From Candidatus Iainarchaeum sp. (lineage in GTDB: Archaea > Iainarchaeota > Iainarchaeia > Iainarchaeales > JAZDEL01): a stretch of DNA of 32,000 nt. Below, piece by piece: positions 1 through 10,000 of the stretch (position 1 is the stretch's first letter; the number at the start of each line of letters is the position of its first letter). The stretch covers positions 150,001-182,000 of the forward strand of contig JAZDEL010000010.1 in the NCBI GenBank assembly GCA_043808785.1, in the 5' to 3' direction. A program made the position numbers and the translations under genes. The notes beneath the pieces are model-generated. The model ran no database searches. It saw nothing but the letters and a program-made list of their open reading frames with translations, and had not been told where the DNA came from.

Positions 1-221
1 GTTGCTGGCGCCGCTGTGAAGCCGTAAGCATATGCCGCACCCGCTACGAAAGTTCCGGCATAGCCGAGTAACGAAAGCAATTCCCTCAGCGGCAGGGAAT
101 CCCTCCCCAGAAAAAGCAGGTATGCCAATACGTATGTAATAACCAGCAGGCTGATTTTCGGGTATTTTATTCCCCGCGCCTCCGCGTTTTCAGCCTTTTC
201 CGCAATTTCTTCGTCCGCCAT
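1..221 (-). CDS. hypothetical membrane protein, N-terminal part; the gene runs off the window edge
   Basis: There is a minus-strand ATG at 221-219 and the frame stays open to position 1. My translation is MADEEIAEKAENAEARGIKYPKISLLVITYVLAYLLFLG..., which contains a hydrophobic segment. It is absent from the ORF track because there is no stop in the window. Confidence 0.4.
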   Translation of the reverse strand, partial: MADEEIAEKAENAEARGIKYPKISLLVITYVLAYLLFLGRDSLPLRELLSLLGYAGTFVAGAAYAYGFTAAPA

Positions 222-317
222 AAACTTTACACTGCAACGCACTTTATATAACTTGCCCCGCGCGGGCGCGTTTCATGCATGTACCAAAACCGCTAAATTA
301 GCCGCAGTTGGTTTTCA

Positions 318-328
318 TTTATATATAT
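318..328 (+). promoter_or_regulatory. TATA-box-like element upstream of glmS
   Basis: TTTATATATAT lies about 35-45 nt upstream of the glmS ATG at 362. This spacing fits an archaeal promoter with a short leader. Confidence 0.35.
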
Positions 329-361
329 TGCGGTTGAGATTATTTTGAACGGGAGTTTCAC

Positions 362-2170
362 ATGTGCGGAATCATAGGCTATGCCGGCAGCGGAAATGCG
401 GTTTCCGTTGTGCTTGACGGCCTCAAGAGGCTGGAATATAGGGGCTACGATTCATGGGGCATTGCTGCCAGGGCAGAGGGCGGCAAGGGCATTGCGGCAA
501 AGGGAAAGCTGAGCGTGAAAAAGGATGTCGGGAAAATAAGCTCTGTGAAAGGCTTTTCTTTCTCCTCGCACATCGCAATAGGGCACACGCGCTGGGCAAC
601 CCATGGCGCGGTTACAAAGGCGAACGCCCATCCGCACCTTTCCAGCAACAGAAAAATCGCGGTTGTGCACAACGGCATAATCGAGAATTACCTCGCGCTG
701 AAGCGCGAACTTAAGGATGCGGGCTTCAAATTCCGCTCCCAGACGGATACCGAAGTGATACCGAACCTTATCCAGCGCTTCGTTGCTGCAGGCGCGTCTT
801 TCCCGGAGGCGGTGCGCAAAACCGCGCAGATGCTCGAGGGGCGTTACGCATTTGCCGCACTTTACACGGATTTCGGCGGCATTGCCGCGGCAAGGGACGG
901 CTCGCCGCTTGTTGTGGGCATAGGCGGCGGAACCGCGCCCGAGGCGGAGACGTTCATTGCATCCGACATCCCGGCATTCCTGCGGCACACAAAAAATGCC
1001 GCGTTCCTCGAAGACGGGCAGATGGTTGTTGCCGAGCGGGGAAAGGGGCCAGAATATTTCGTTATCAAAAGCGGCAAAAAAGCCGCGGTGCGCGTTTCCG
1101 AGGTTGAATGGTCCGCGGAGGACGCGGAAAAGGGCGCATATAAGCACTTCATGCTCAAGGAAATAATGGAACAGCAGGAAACCGTCCTGCGCGCGGTGAA
1201 CCAGCCGGAAGAGATGTACGCAAAGGCGTGCGCGATGATAAACGATTCCTTCGGCACCTTCCTTGTCGGCTGCGGAACCGCGGGAAGGGTTGCGCTCTGC
1301 GGCACCTATCTTTTCTCCAAAATAGCGGGCAGGCACGTGAACTTTTCAGTTGGTTCGGAATTCCCGAACTATGAGCACTTCCTCACGCCAAAAACCCTGA
1401 TGATTGCGATTTCCCAGAGCGGTGAAACCGCGGACACGCTCGAGGCGATTGAAAGGGCAAAGGCGCGCGGGGTAAAAGTGATAAGCATAGTGAATGTGCA
1501 GGGCTCCAGCATAGCGAGGAAATCCGATTTCGTAATTCCCGTGAACTGCGGGCCCGAAAAGGCAGTGGCAAGCACGAAAGCGACAACGGCACAGCTCGCA
1601 ATCCTCACGCTCCTTGCATACGGGTGCGCGGGAAAATTTGCCGAGGGCAAAAATCTGCTTGCAAAGGCACAGGCGGAAGTGAACAAAACGATTTTTTCCG
1701 AAGGGTTTGTTGCGCAGGTTAAATCCCTCGCCAAAAAAATAAAATCAAAAGGCAGCATTTACATAATCGGCCGCGGCCTCAATTACCCGATGGCGCTGGA
1801 GGCGGCGATAAAACTGCAGGAAGTGCCCTACATGCACGCGGAGGGTTTCGCTGCAGGGGAATTAAAGCACGGCCCCATAGCGCTTATAGAGAAAGGCACG
1901 CCCTGCATCGTGCTCTGCGCGAACGACGAGACAAAGAGCGACATCCTCGGCAATGCAATGGAAGTGAGAAGCCGCGGCGGGTTCATGGCGGGGGTTTCCC
2001 CCGAGCCGAACGAGGTTTTTGACGTGCATCTTCGCGTTCCGGACCTTGGCAATGCCTCTCCCATAGCAAATATAATACCTGTGCAGATGCTTTCGTATTA
2101 TGTTGCCCTGCTAAATGGCTGCGACATTGACTGCCCGCGCAACCTTGCCAAAAGCGTAACCGTGAAGTGA
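362..2170 (+). CDS. glmS: glutamine--fructose-6-phosphate aminotransferase (isomerizing)
   Basis: The N-terminus is MCGIIGY with a catalytic Cys2 (Ntn amidotransferase). Two SIS domains follow, and the C-terminus is ...LAKSVTVK. The length is 602 aa. Confidence 0.95.
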   Translation: MCGIIGYAGSGNAVSVVLDGLKRLEYRGYDSWGIAARAEGGKGIAAKGKLSVKKDVGKISSVKGFSFSSHIAIGHTRWATHGAVTKANAHPHLSSNRKIAVVHNGIIENYLALKRELKDAGFKFRSQTDTEVIPNLIQRFVAAGASFPEAVRKTAQMLEGRYAFAALYTDFGGIAAARDGSPLVVGIGGGTAPEAETFIASDIPAFLRHTKNAAFLEDGQMVVAERGKGPEYFVIKSGKKAAVRVSEVEWSAEDAEKGAYKHFMLKEIMEQQETVLRAVNQPEEMYAKACAMINDSFGTFLVGCGTAGRVALCGTYLFSKIAGRHVNFSVGSEFPNYEHFLTPKTLMIAISQSGETADTLEAIERAKARGVKVISIVNVQGSSIARKSDFVIPVNCGPEKAVASTKATTAQLAILTLLAYGCAGKFAEGKNLLAKAQAEVNKTIFSEGFVAQVKSLAKKIKSKGSIYIIGRGLNYPMALEAAIKLQEVPYMHAEGFAAGELKHGPIALIEKGTPCIVLCANDETKSDILGNAMEVRSRGGFMAGVSPEPNEVFDVHLRVPDLGNASPIANIIPVQMLSYYVALLNGCDIDCPRNLAKSVTVK

Positions 2171-2175
2171 TTCTT

Positions 2176-3561
2176 ATGAAGCATGATTCCGAAAAGAAAA
2201 GCCCCGCCAAAAAAATATTCGGCACCGACGGCATCCGCGGCATAGCAAACGAACATCCGATAACCGCGGAGATGGCGTTGAAAGTCGGCAAGGCCGTGGC
2301 GCACTATTTCCTTGCGCGCAACGGCAGGCGCAGGCACCGCATCGTGATAGGCAAAGACACGCGCCTTTCGGGCTATATGCTCGAGAATTCGCTCACCGCG
2401 GGCATACTCTCCATGGGCTGCGATGTTTTGCTTGTGGGGCCCATGCCCACGCCCGCAATCGCGCACCTTGCAAGGTCCTTGAATTGTGATGCGGGAATCG
2501 TAATCAGTGCTTCCCACAACCCAGCGGAGCACAACGGGATAAAAATTTTCTCCAACGAGGGCTTCAAGCTTTCGGATGCGGAGGAGCTCGAGATCGAGGA
2601 ACTGATAATCGGCGGCAAGGCCGGCAACGGCCACATAAAGGGCGCATCCATGGGAAAGGCATACCGCGTGGAGGAGGCAAAGGGCCGTTACATAGAGTAC
2701 GCGAAGCACTCCATAAAGAGCAGCCCGCTTGAGGGGCTTTTTGTCGTGCTCGACTGCGCAAACGGCGCGGCGTATGATATAGCGCCGAAAATCCTGCGCG
2801 AACTCGGCGCGGAAGCCATCGTGCTCGGCAACAGGCCCAACGGCCTGAACATAAACCTCGACTGCGGCGCCCTGCATCCCGAGGCAATGCAGAAAGCCGT
2901 GGCGAAGGATAAGGCCGACATAGGAATTGCGCTTGACGGGGACGCCGACCGCGTGATTGTGTGCGACGAGAACGGCAAGATAGTGGACGGCGACCATATT
3001 ATGGCGATACTCGCGCTTGAGATGAAGGCACAGGGCAAGCTGCAGAGCAATGCCGTGGTCACGACAGTGATGGGCAATATCGGCTTCCACAAGGCGATGA
3101 GGGAAAACGGCATAACCGTGGTAACCGCGCCCGTAGGGGACAGGTATGTGATCGACGAACTCCGTGCCCGCGGCCTTTCCTTCGGCGGGGAGCAGTCCGG
3201 GCACATAATTAATTTCAATTACTCGACTACAGGTGACGGGATAATAACCGCGCTCATGCTGCTCGACATCATGAAAAAGAAGAAAAAGAAGCTTAGCGAA
3301 CTTGCGAAAGCCATGAAAACCGCGCCGCAGGTTTTGATTAACGTAAATGTGCGCGGGAAAAAGGATTTCGATAAGATGCCCGCCGTAAGCAAAAAAATAA
3401 AAAGCGCGGAAGCCGTGTTAGGTTCCGAGGGCAGGGTTCTGGTGCGTTACTCCGGCACGGAAAACATAGCGCGCGTAATGGCCGAGGGGCCGGACAATGG
3501 GCGCATTGAGAAGCTCGCCGCGGAAATTGCGGCGGAGATAAAAAAGGAGATTGGTGCGTGA
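2176..3561 (+). CDS. glmM: phosphoglucosamine mutase / phosphohexomutase
   Basis: It contains the GTDGIRG motif and the SASHNP phosphoserine loop, plus GDADR and GEQSGH motifs. An alternative GTG start at 2167 overlaps the glmS stop (GTGA). Confidence 0.9.
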   Translation: MKHDSEKKSPAKKIFGTDGIRGIANEHPITAEMALKVGKAVAHYFLARNGRRRHRIVIGKDTRLSGYMLENSLTAGILSMGCDVLLVGPMPTPAIAHLARSLNCDAGIVISASHNPAEHNGIKIFSNEGFKLSDAEELEIEELIIGGKAGNGHIKGASMGKAYRVEEAKGRYIEYAKHSIKSSPLEGLFVVLDCANGAAYDIAPKILRELGAEAIVLGNRPNGLNINLDCGALHPEAMQKAVAKDKADIGIALDGDADRVIVCDENGKIVDGDHIMAILALEMKAQGKLQSNAVVTTVMGNIGFHKAMRENGITVVTAPVGDRYVIDELRARGLSFGGEQSGHIINFNYSTTGDGIITALMLLDIMKKKKKKLSELAKAMKTAPQVLINVNVRGKKDFDKMPAVSKKIKSAEAVLGSEGRVLVRYSGTENIARVMAEGPDNGRIEKLAAEIAAEIKKEIGA

Positions 3562-4160
3562 TGGGCGAGGTTGAAGATTTTGTTGCGCGCGTTCGTAGTG
3601 CGCTTACTGAAAACAAGCCGTTCCGCTTTTTTGAGTTGGTTGCGGAGAACGAAAAGGTGTGCGAAGCGATTGAGGATGCACGCAAGGGCGAAATCGAGCC
3701 GAACGTAACCGCCAAAGGCAAACTTTTCCTTGCCGAGGGTTCGCGCATACTTTCCGGCACTTATATCGAGGGAAACGCTTACATCGGCCCGAACTGCACC
3801 GTGGGGCCGAACGCATACCTGCGCGCGGGCGTAATCCTCGAGGGCGACAACCATGTCGCGAATTCGGAAATAAAAAACTCCGTAATCCTGCGCGGCTCCA
3901 ATGTCCCGCACTTCTCATATGTCGGCGATTCCATTCTGGGGGAGAACTGCAACCTAGGCGCGGGAACCAAGGTTGCGAACCTGCGCTTTGACGACGCGCC
4001 AGTTGAAACCGTTGTCGGCGGAAAAAAGGTAAATTCCGGCAGGCGCAAATTAGGCGCCTGTTTGGGGCACAACGTGAAAACAGGGATTAATTCAAGCATC
4101 AACTGCGGCGCGCAGGTGAAGAACGGAACTAAAGTTTTGCCGGGCGCGGTTCACAAGTAG
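3561..4160 (+). CDS. left-handed beta-helix (hexapeptide-repeat) acyl/acetyltransferase, like the C-terminal half of GlmU
   Basis: Hexapeptide repeats are visible (IGPNCTVGPNAYLRAGVILEGDNHVANSEIKNSVI..., GENCNLGAGTKVANL). The ATG overlaps the glmM TGA by 1 nt. The roughly 70 N-terminal residues contain no nucleotidyltransferase domain. Confidence 0.75.
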   Translation: MGEVEDFVARVRSALTENKPFRFFELVAENEKVCEAIEDARKGEIEPNVTAKGKLFLAEGSRILSGTYIEGNAYIGPNCTVGPNAYLRAGVILEGDNHVANSEIKNSVILRGSNVPHFSYVGDSILGENCNLGAGTKVANLRFDDAPVETVVGGKKVNSGRRKLGACLGHNVKTGINSSINCGAQVKNGTKVLPGAVHK

Positions 4161-4335
4161 CCCATGCCTATCTCGGTTTATAGCGTTTTTTGTCCCTTCG
4201 GGCATTTCTATATTCCCACGGGTCTCCGGCCTTAGCTTTTCTGGTTTTGAGCAGATTCTTGCGCGGCCTAATCTTTTTTATTAATGGTTTATGCAGCATG
4301 CTAATTAATCGCACTCTGGGAATATAAATCTTTTC

Positions 4336-4878
4336 CTAATTTTGCCACAGGCAGCCTTTGTGTGAGTTCTCCGCCTCCCTCTCCGCCCCCGCGAACTCCT
4401 GCGCGAACTCCGTGTTCGGCTTGTATGGGTAGGCGTAAGCGAACCCGCTGCGAACCATTTCCATGTTTATGAAGCGGTTGCTGTCGCCGTAAATATGCGC
4501 AAGCAGCCTCCCGTACCTGTCCCGCAGTTCCGCGCCGAACTCGAGGCGCACGTTCCTGCCGAGCACAAGCGCTGCAAGTTTCTCCCCCGCCTCGGTGTAG
4601 CACTCCTCTCCTTTCTCCCTTGAATTAATCCCTATCAGGCGCACGTGCTCCCCGCCCGCGGTTACGAGAGTGTCGCCGTCGATTACTTTTGAAACGGTTG
4701 TTGTTAGCGGCACACCCGCAGCCGCCTGTGCAGGTATTTTGCCGTCCTGCACAACAACATTTCCGGTTGCCACTGCCGGAGTGCCAAGCAGCACGCCGTT
4801 CTGCTGCATCAGCACCAAAATCGCGGCAGCGGCAAGAAGCAGAACCAGCCCCGAAACCTTCTTATTCAGCCCGCGCAT
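4336..4878 (-). CDS. membrane-anchored thermonuclease (staphylococcal nuclease/SNase-like)
   Basis: SNase signature segments are present: VIDGDTL, VRLIGINSRE, DRYGRLLAHIY and NMEMVRSGFAYAY. There is an N-terminal TM/signal anchor (GLVLLLAAAAILVL). I chose the start at the internal ATG 4878, so that it does not overlap the upstream gene, whose stop is at 4881. Confidence 0.8.
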   Translation of the reverse strand: MRGLNKKVSGLVLLLAAAAILVLMQQNGVLLGTPAVATGNVVVQDGKIPAQAAAGVPLTTTVSKVIDGDTLVTAGGEHVRLIGINSREKGEECYTEAGEKLAALVLGRNVRLEFGAELRDRYGRLLAHIYGDSNRFINMEMVRSGFAYAYPYKPNTEFAQEFAGAEREAENSHKGCLWQN

Positions 4879-4880
4879 GA

Positions 4881-5324
4881 TTATCGCAAATCCAGTTTTT
4901 CCTGCTTGAGGCCGCATGTCAGGTTAAGCAGCCTTTTCAGCCCATCTTCAGTAATCCTGCCCTTCAAAGTTTTCTTTATTTCATTTGTAATGATTAATTG
5001 GGTTTTGTCAAGTTGCCCGGTTTCTTCCAGCCGTCCCACGCACCATATGACCCATTTTTTTGTTTTATCCAATTCCCTTGCCACTTTCACGGCACGCAGC
5101 CTGCCGTAATTTGCCTTGCGGGGGTCGCTGCTGTTCCACAGTTCTTTTGCTTTTTTAATCTGGTCAAGGGAATCAAAAATCGAGTTCAGGCTGTCCTCCA
5201 CGCCTCTAACCCTTATCCTCCTGTTTTTAAGTAATTCCTGAGACGGCAGTCCTGCATTTGTTTTTTCGCCAATTTTACCCCCGCCAGCCAGGCGCTTCCT
5301 TTTCCTCCCGAATATGTTCGGCAT
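4881..5324 (-). CDS. hypothetical protein with a basic N-terminus
   Basis: This is a 147-aa ORF directly upstream of the nuclease gene on the same strand. I recognise no motif. It looks more AT-rich than its neighbours. Confidence 0.45.
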   Translation of the reverse strand: MPNIFGRKRKRLAGGGKIGEKTNAGLPSQELLKNRRIRVRGVEDSLNSIFDSLDQIKKAKELWNSSDPRKANYGRLRAVKVARELDKTKKWVIWCVGRLEETGQLDKTQLIITNEIKKTLKGRITEDGLKRLLNLTCGLKQEKLDLR

Positions 5325-5370
5325 AATTACATTCGCCCTTTTCTTGTTAAAAGATTAATGCCGCGCCCCT

Positions 5371-6195
5371 TCACAAAAGCCCCATAACGACATAAACCGC
5401 CCCGAACAGGAAGCAGAACCAGGCGAAGTTTATTTTCTTCGCAACACGCATGAGGATGCTTATTGATGCAAAGCCCGCTATTGCCGCCGTGGCGAGCGCG
5501 GCAAGGATGCCGGCATCGACAGCAACCGCGCCCTGCTCCGCAATCCCGAACATTATTTCCGCAGCGAAAACCGAGGGCACGGAGAGGATGAAACTCAGCC
5601 TCAGCGCCTCCTCGACCCTGAAGCCCTCGAAAAGCAAAATCGAGGTTGTCGTGCCGCTCCTTGAAATTCCCGGCAGAACCGAGAACCCCTGCCCCAGCCC
5701 GGCAATGAGCGCGTTTGTTTTTGTGGTTTTTGCTTCGCGCGTTTTTTTTGTGACCATCTGCACCGCCCCCGTCGCAATCAGCAGAACCCCCATCGAAAGC
5801 AAAACAAACCCCGCTGTTGCGTTTGTGAATGTTTGCTTCAGGAACAGGTATGTGGGGATTGCGGTTATTGCGGTTGCGAGCAGCGCAATAACCATAAAAA
5901 CCAGCAGGCGCGCGGTTTCGGGTTTTGCGGGTTTTGTTTTTTGGTTTTGCATAAGCGCGGGCACGGCGGCTTTTGCAATCCCAAATATCTCGCGCCTGAA
6001 ATATGCCGCGGCGGCAACCAGCGTCCCGATGTGCAGGAATATGGAATAATTCAGCGCATCAATCGGGGCGCTGCCGAAAACCGCGACGGAAACAGCGATA
6101 ACCTGCGCCTGCGAACTTAAGGGCAGCCATTCCACAAGCCCCTGGACAAGCCCCAGAACAATGCCCTGAACAAGGTCCATGCCAAAATTGTGCAA
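5371..6195 (-). CDS. uppP: undecaprenyl-diphosphatase (BacA/UppP family)
   Basis: The motifs QGLVEWLPLSS and PGISRSGTT are present, and the protein is a multi-pass membrane protein. Confidence 0.88.
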   Translation of the reverse strand: MHNFGMDLVQGIVLGLVQGLVEWLPLSSQAQVIAVSVAVFGSAPIDALNYSIFLHIGTLVAAAAYFRREIFGIAKAAVPALMQNQKTKPAKPETARLLVFMVIALLATAITAIPTYLFLKQTFTNATAGFVLLSMGVLLIATGAVQMVTKKTREAKTTKTNALIAGLGQGFSVLPGISRSGTTTSILLFEGFRVEEALRLSFILSVPSVFAAEIMFGIAEQGAVAVDAGILAALATAAIAGFASISILMRVAKKINFAWFCFLFGAVYVVMGLL

Positions 6196-6329
6196 AGTTG
6201 TTCTTTAATATTCTTTCCGCGATAAGGGTTATTTATGCGGAACGAGATTTTGAGGAAAAGGCAGGAAAGGAAGCAGGAAGAGAACATAGGCATGTACAAA
6301 GAGCGCCGCTAAGCCGCGCAGGTTTGGCT

Positions 6330-7007
6330 TCATCGCCCAGCGTGCCGCTTTGGCAGCCATTTGAGTTTTGCCTGGCCATTCGCGATATTTGTATCTATGG
6401 TTTTTCTAAGTTTTGCCTCGTAATTCGTGATATTGGCCCCCATGGTTTTTATCAGTTCATGTGTTGCCGGGCTTTCGGGGAGCCCCTTCCTGCTAAGGTG
6501 CCCATATATCCGCAACAACTCGTTTTCAGCCTTTCTGCGTTCCGCAACCCTGATTATTCGCGGCACGTAACTCGTCGCTCCGATTTTATAGCAAAGCAGG
6601 GTTGCCTGAAAAAAATTGCCTTTTTTCATGCATTTACGTATCAGCCTTGCTATTCGCTCGCGTTCAATAGTTTCCTTGCTTTTGTGTGGCTGTGTAGAGG
6701 GTGTGTTTTTGTGATATATTTTGTAGATGTACGGCAATGACATGTCAACAGTATCCGCTATCTTTTTGAAAGACCAGTCCGGATGCTCCTTCCGCAGTCG
6801 TAATGCTTCCATTGCCTTTTGTGATATTCTTGGCTTCGCTCCACGTCGTCTTTTTGTGAGTGTTTTTTTGTGCTTCTTATATGTTGCCCCGACGTACGAC
6901 TCTGATATGTTGCCAATAGTATCCGCTGTCTTTTTGAAAGACCATTCCGGATGCTCAATAAGCATCTTTAATACTTGTGCCTCTTTTTCCGGCGGTTTTT
7001 TTGGCAT
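6330..7007 (-). CDS. DNA-binding protein with two tandem HTH-like modules
   Basis: Two repeated modules are visible: HPEWSFKKTADTIGNISESYVGATYKKHKK and HPDWSFKKIADTVDMSLPYIYKIYHKN. I set the start at the internal ATG 7007 (MPKKPPEKE) because the longer ORF runs into the upstream gene, which ends at 7085. Confidence 0.6.
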   Translation of the reverse strand: MPKKPPEKEAQVLKMLIEHPEWSFKKTADTIGNISESYVGATYKKHKKTLTKRRRGAKPRISQKAMEALRLRKEHPDWSFKKIADTVDMSLPYIYKIYHKNTPSTQPHKSKETIERERIARLIRKCMKKGNFFQATLLCYKIGATSYVPRIIRVAERRKAENELLRIYGHLSRKGLPESPATHELIKTMGANITNYEAKLRKTIDTNIANGQAKLKWLPKRHAGR

Positions 7008-7084
7008 GCGTGTCACTTTGTCAAATTTTTTCGCCCGTGCGCCTTCATCTGCCCGCGCTTCCGCGCCCGCAAGTGCGAACAAGC

Positions 7085-10000
7085 CTAAATTACGTCGCCC
7101 GTAACCGCATCCACGGCAACCCTTCTCTCCCTGCCCTTCATTTCGAGGCTTGCGAACCATACAGGCCTGTAAAGTTCATCCACGCGCCTTATCATTATGT
7201 GCGGCCAGAGCTTGCGCAGCACCGCGGGAATGCTCTCTCGCGGGAACCTCTCGCGCTCCTTTGCCGCTGCCTGCACGCGCGCGAAAGGCAGTTTGTTCAG
7301 CGAACCCAGCAGTTCGTGCATTTCATTGGGCGGCAAATCAAACTTCTTCTTTAGGAAATAAATGCCCTTCCCGCTCTTCTTGTCCTTCTCCGCCCCCGCA
7401 ATTCCGCGCTCGGCAAGCCTTGCAAGCACGCGCTTTGCCTTTGCCTCGTCGAACTCGGAAAGCCGCGCAACCTCCGCTGCGGAAAGCCTGCGGTTTGCAA
7501 GATGCGTTGCCGCAACTATATCGTCCCTTCCCATGTCAAACGCGTCACCAAGGCCTTTCGATTCCACGAACTTGCCGCCGCCGAAGTGCAAAAACTCCCC
7601 TGTCCTTGAATCGATGAACGCCTCGCGCGCAAGGAACTCCCCCCTTTTTGTCGGGATATCATACCCAACTCTCCAAACCGTAACATGCCTCATCTGCAGT
7701 CCCGTTATCCTTTCCTCATCGCCGAGAATGCCGAGCATTTTCCTTTTCCTCACGCGGTCAACAGCAGCCCTCGCATTTGCCTCGTTAATCCTCTGGGGTA
7801 AGGAGAGAAGTTCCGTGCTCTCAAGTGCCTCGTCGCGCAGGCTCCCCCTTCCTATGCCCGCACCCTTAGCGGCGGCTTCCGCCTCTTCCCCTGCTTCAGC
7901 TTCCTCGCCCTTATCAAGCGCCTCCTCCGCTTCCTCTTCTTCCTCCTTATCCTCATAACCCGCAACGCTTGCCCCTTCCTCCGAAACCTCGAACCCGCGC
8001 CTGCCGAGTTCCTTCATTAGTTCCTCTGCAGCAACCGCTGTCTTGTATTTGGAATTAAGCGTCCTCAAAACCTGCTCTATGGTTTCCTTATCCAGTTTCC
8101 CCGCCCTGTTAATGTCCTCGGCAACCATTTCAGCCGCAACATCCATTACCTGCGCATCGTCCATGCTCTCGTTCATCTGGTTTGTTTCCGCGTCACGCCC
8201 TTCGTGCTGCGACATTCTCGGCCTGATGCTCATTATGAAGGCGCGTGTTGTTTCCTCGCTCCTGTCTCCCGTAAGCGCAACGCCCACAGGCAGTGTCTTT
8301 ATGAAAGTGGGGCGCTTGTACTGCCCCGGCACTATGGTCGGGATGCGCCTGTACACTGCCTTTATGTCATCATCGAAAACAAGCTTGTGCGATATCACAA
8401 CATCCAGCTGGCTCAGCACCTTTGTGTCAATCGCACTCGGCTGCTGTGTCGCAAACACAAGCGAACAGCCGGGCCTTCTTCCCTGCTTCACATATTCCAC
8501 AAGCCCGCTTGTTGCAGGCGTCTTTGTGTTGCCGCTCGGTATAAGCGTGTGCGCCTCATCAATGAAAAGCCATGTGGGCGGAACCTCAAGTTCAAGCAGT
8601 TCGTCCAAATCCTGCTTCCTGAATTTCTGCGCGGCCTCCTTGCGCGTCGAAATCTTCCTCGCTGCAAGCAGCCTGCGCGCAAGTATTCCTATCACAAGCG
8701 CGGTAACAACATCGTCAAGGAAACTCGTGTCAAGCACTGTCAGCTGCCCCGCGCGAGAAAGCTCGCTCAGCGGCGTTCCCTTCTCATCAAATATCCCCCA
8801 TGATTTCGCAGCCTCGAACCTGCTCACAAGCGCGCGTATGGAATCCTGCTTGTATCCGCGCTCCTTTGAATTCAGCTCGCCATCATTCTCAAGGCATTCC
8901 ACTATGTCGTCAAGGGAGTACCGTGTTTCCTTGCCTCTGACTTCCTTCCCTGTTTCCATTTTCCTGTACCCTTTCTCCACTTTCTTCAGCATCTTGTCGA
9001 GCAGCAGGCCCGAGGGCGAAAACCTTTCAATCCCGAATGTGAGGCACCAGTCGTCCGCGGTAAGCAGCGATGGCTGCATGCTGAACCCTTCATTGTAAGT
9101 GCTCTTCGGAACCTCGCCCTTCTTCCCCGCGGGGATGAAAACCTTGATATTGTCCAGGCCCCCTGGTTTCATGCCCCATTCCGCAAGCCTTTTCACTTCC
9201 CTGTCCTCCTTGTTCGGGAACTTCATGGACCAGAACACGCCCACGGGGTCCACAACCACGACGCCGACATTCCTGTTCTTGAGCGCTATTTCCTCAGCAA
9301 GCACGCCCATTACATAGCTCTTTCCCGAGCCGCGTGCACCGCAGACGAAAACCACGTGCGGGTTCAGGCTGTCGAGGAAAATTTCCGCGTCCCTGTATTC
9401 CTGCTCGTTCACGCGCCCTATGCGCAGCGCCCCTTCGTAGCCGTACTTTTTCCACACAGTCTTTTTCATCCCTATGAAAACGTTCTTCTTTTCCGCGTCA
9501 CCCAAAAACCCGAGCCTCACCCCTCCCTGGTGCTCGGGCGTTCTGTCGGCCTTCCCCGCTTCCTCGGCCTTCTTCAGGATTGTGTCCTTTATTGCGTTCC
9601 TTTTTTCAGAGCGCATTTTTTCGAACTCCTCGCTTGCGTCCGCGCTTAATCCAGGTACCTTTCCCTGCAAAAGTTCCGGCTCCGCGCCTGTTTCATTTTC
9701 CCCGCCGGTTCCGGTTTCCCGCCCCTCATCCGCGCCGTGCTCGAGCCAGCCCCAGTCCTCATCCTGCTCCTTAACGCCCTCCTCCGTGGTTCCTATTTCC
9801 TTATCCAGGCTTGCGGAAGCGGATTCCGGTTCCTCTTCTTCGGCCTCATCTTCGGCGGTTTCCTCTTCTTCCGCACCCTCTTCGGCTTCCCCCTCACCAG
9901 TTGTTTCCTCTTCGTCATCATCTTCGGTTTCCGCACCCTCTCCCCCATCTTCTTGCTCCTTATTCCTCTTGCCAGCGCCCTTTTTCCCGCCTTCAAAAGT

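Noticed and set aside
2098-3204. A long antisense ORF (368 aa) opposite glmM. Similar shadow ORFs occur at 452-1336, 8043-9098, 9474-10406, 10693-12177, 12610-13263 and 26041-26754.
   Set aside because: They lie opposite genes with unmistakable conserved motifs. Their products are low-complexity (S/P/R/A-rich) with no motifs. They are typical stop-poor antisense frames of GC-rich coding DNA.
6198-6740. A 180-aa plus-strand ORF overlapping the uppP upstream region and the HTH gene.
   Set aside because: It is antisense to the repeat-containing HTH gene, has no motifs, and is a C/F-rich product typical of a shadow frame.
7008-7160. A longer form of the HTH gene, starting at 7160.
   Set aside because: It would overlap the 3' end of the HerA-like gene. 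The extra residues are Gly/Arg-rich with no pattern, and the internal ATG 7007 leaves a normal 77-bp spacer.
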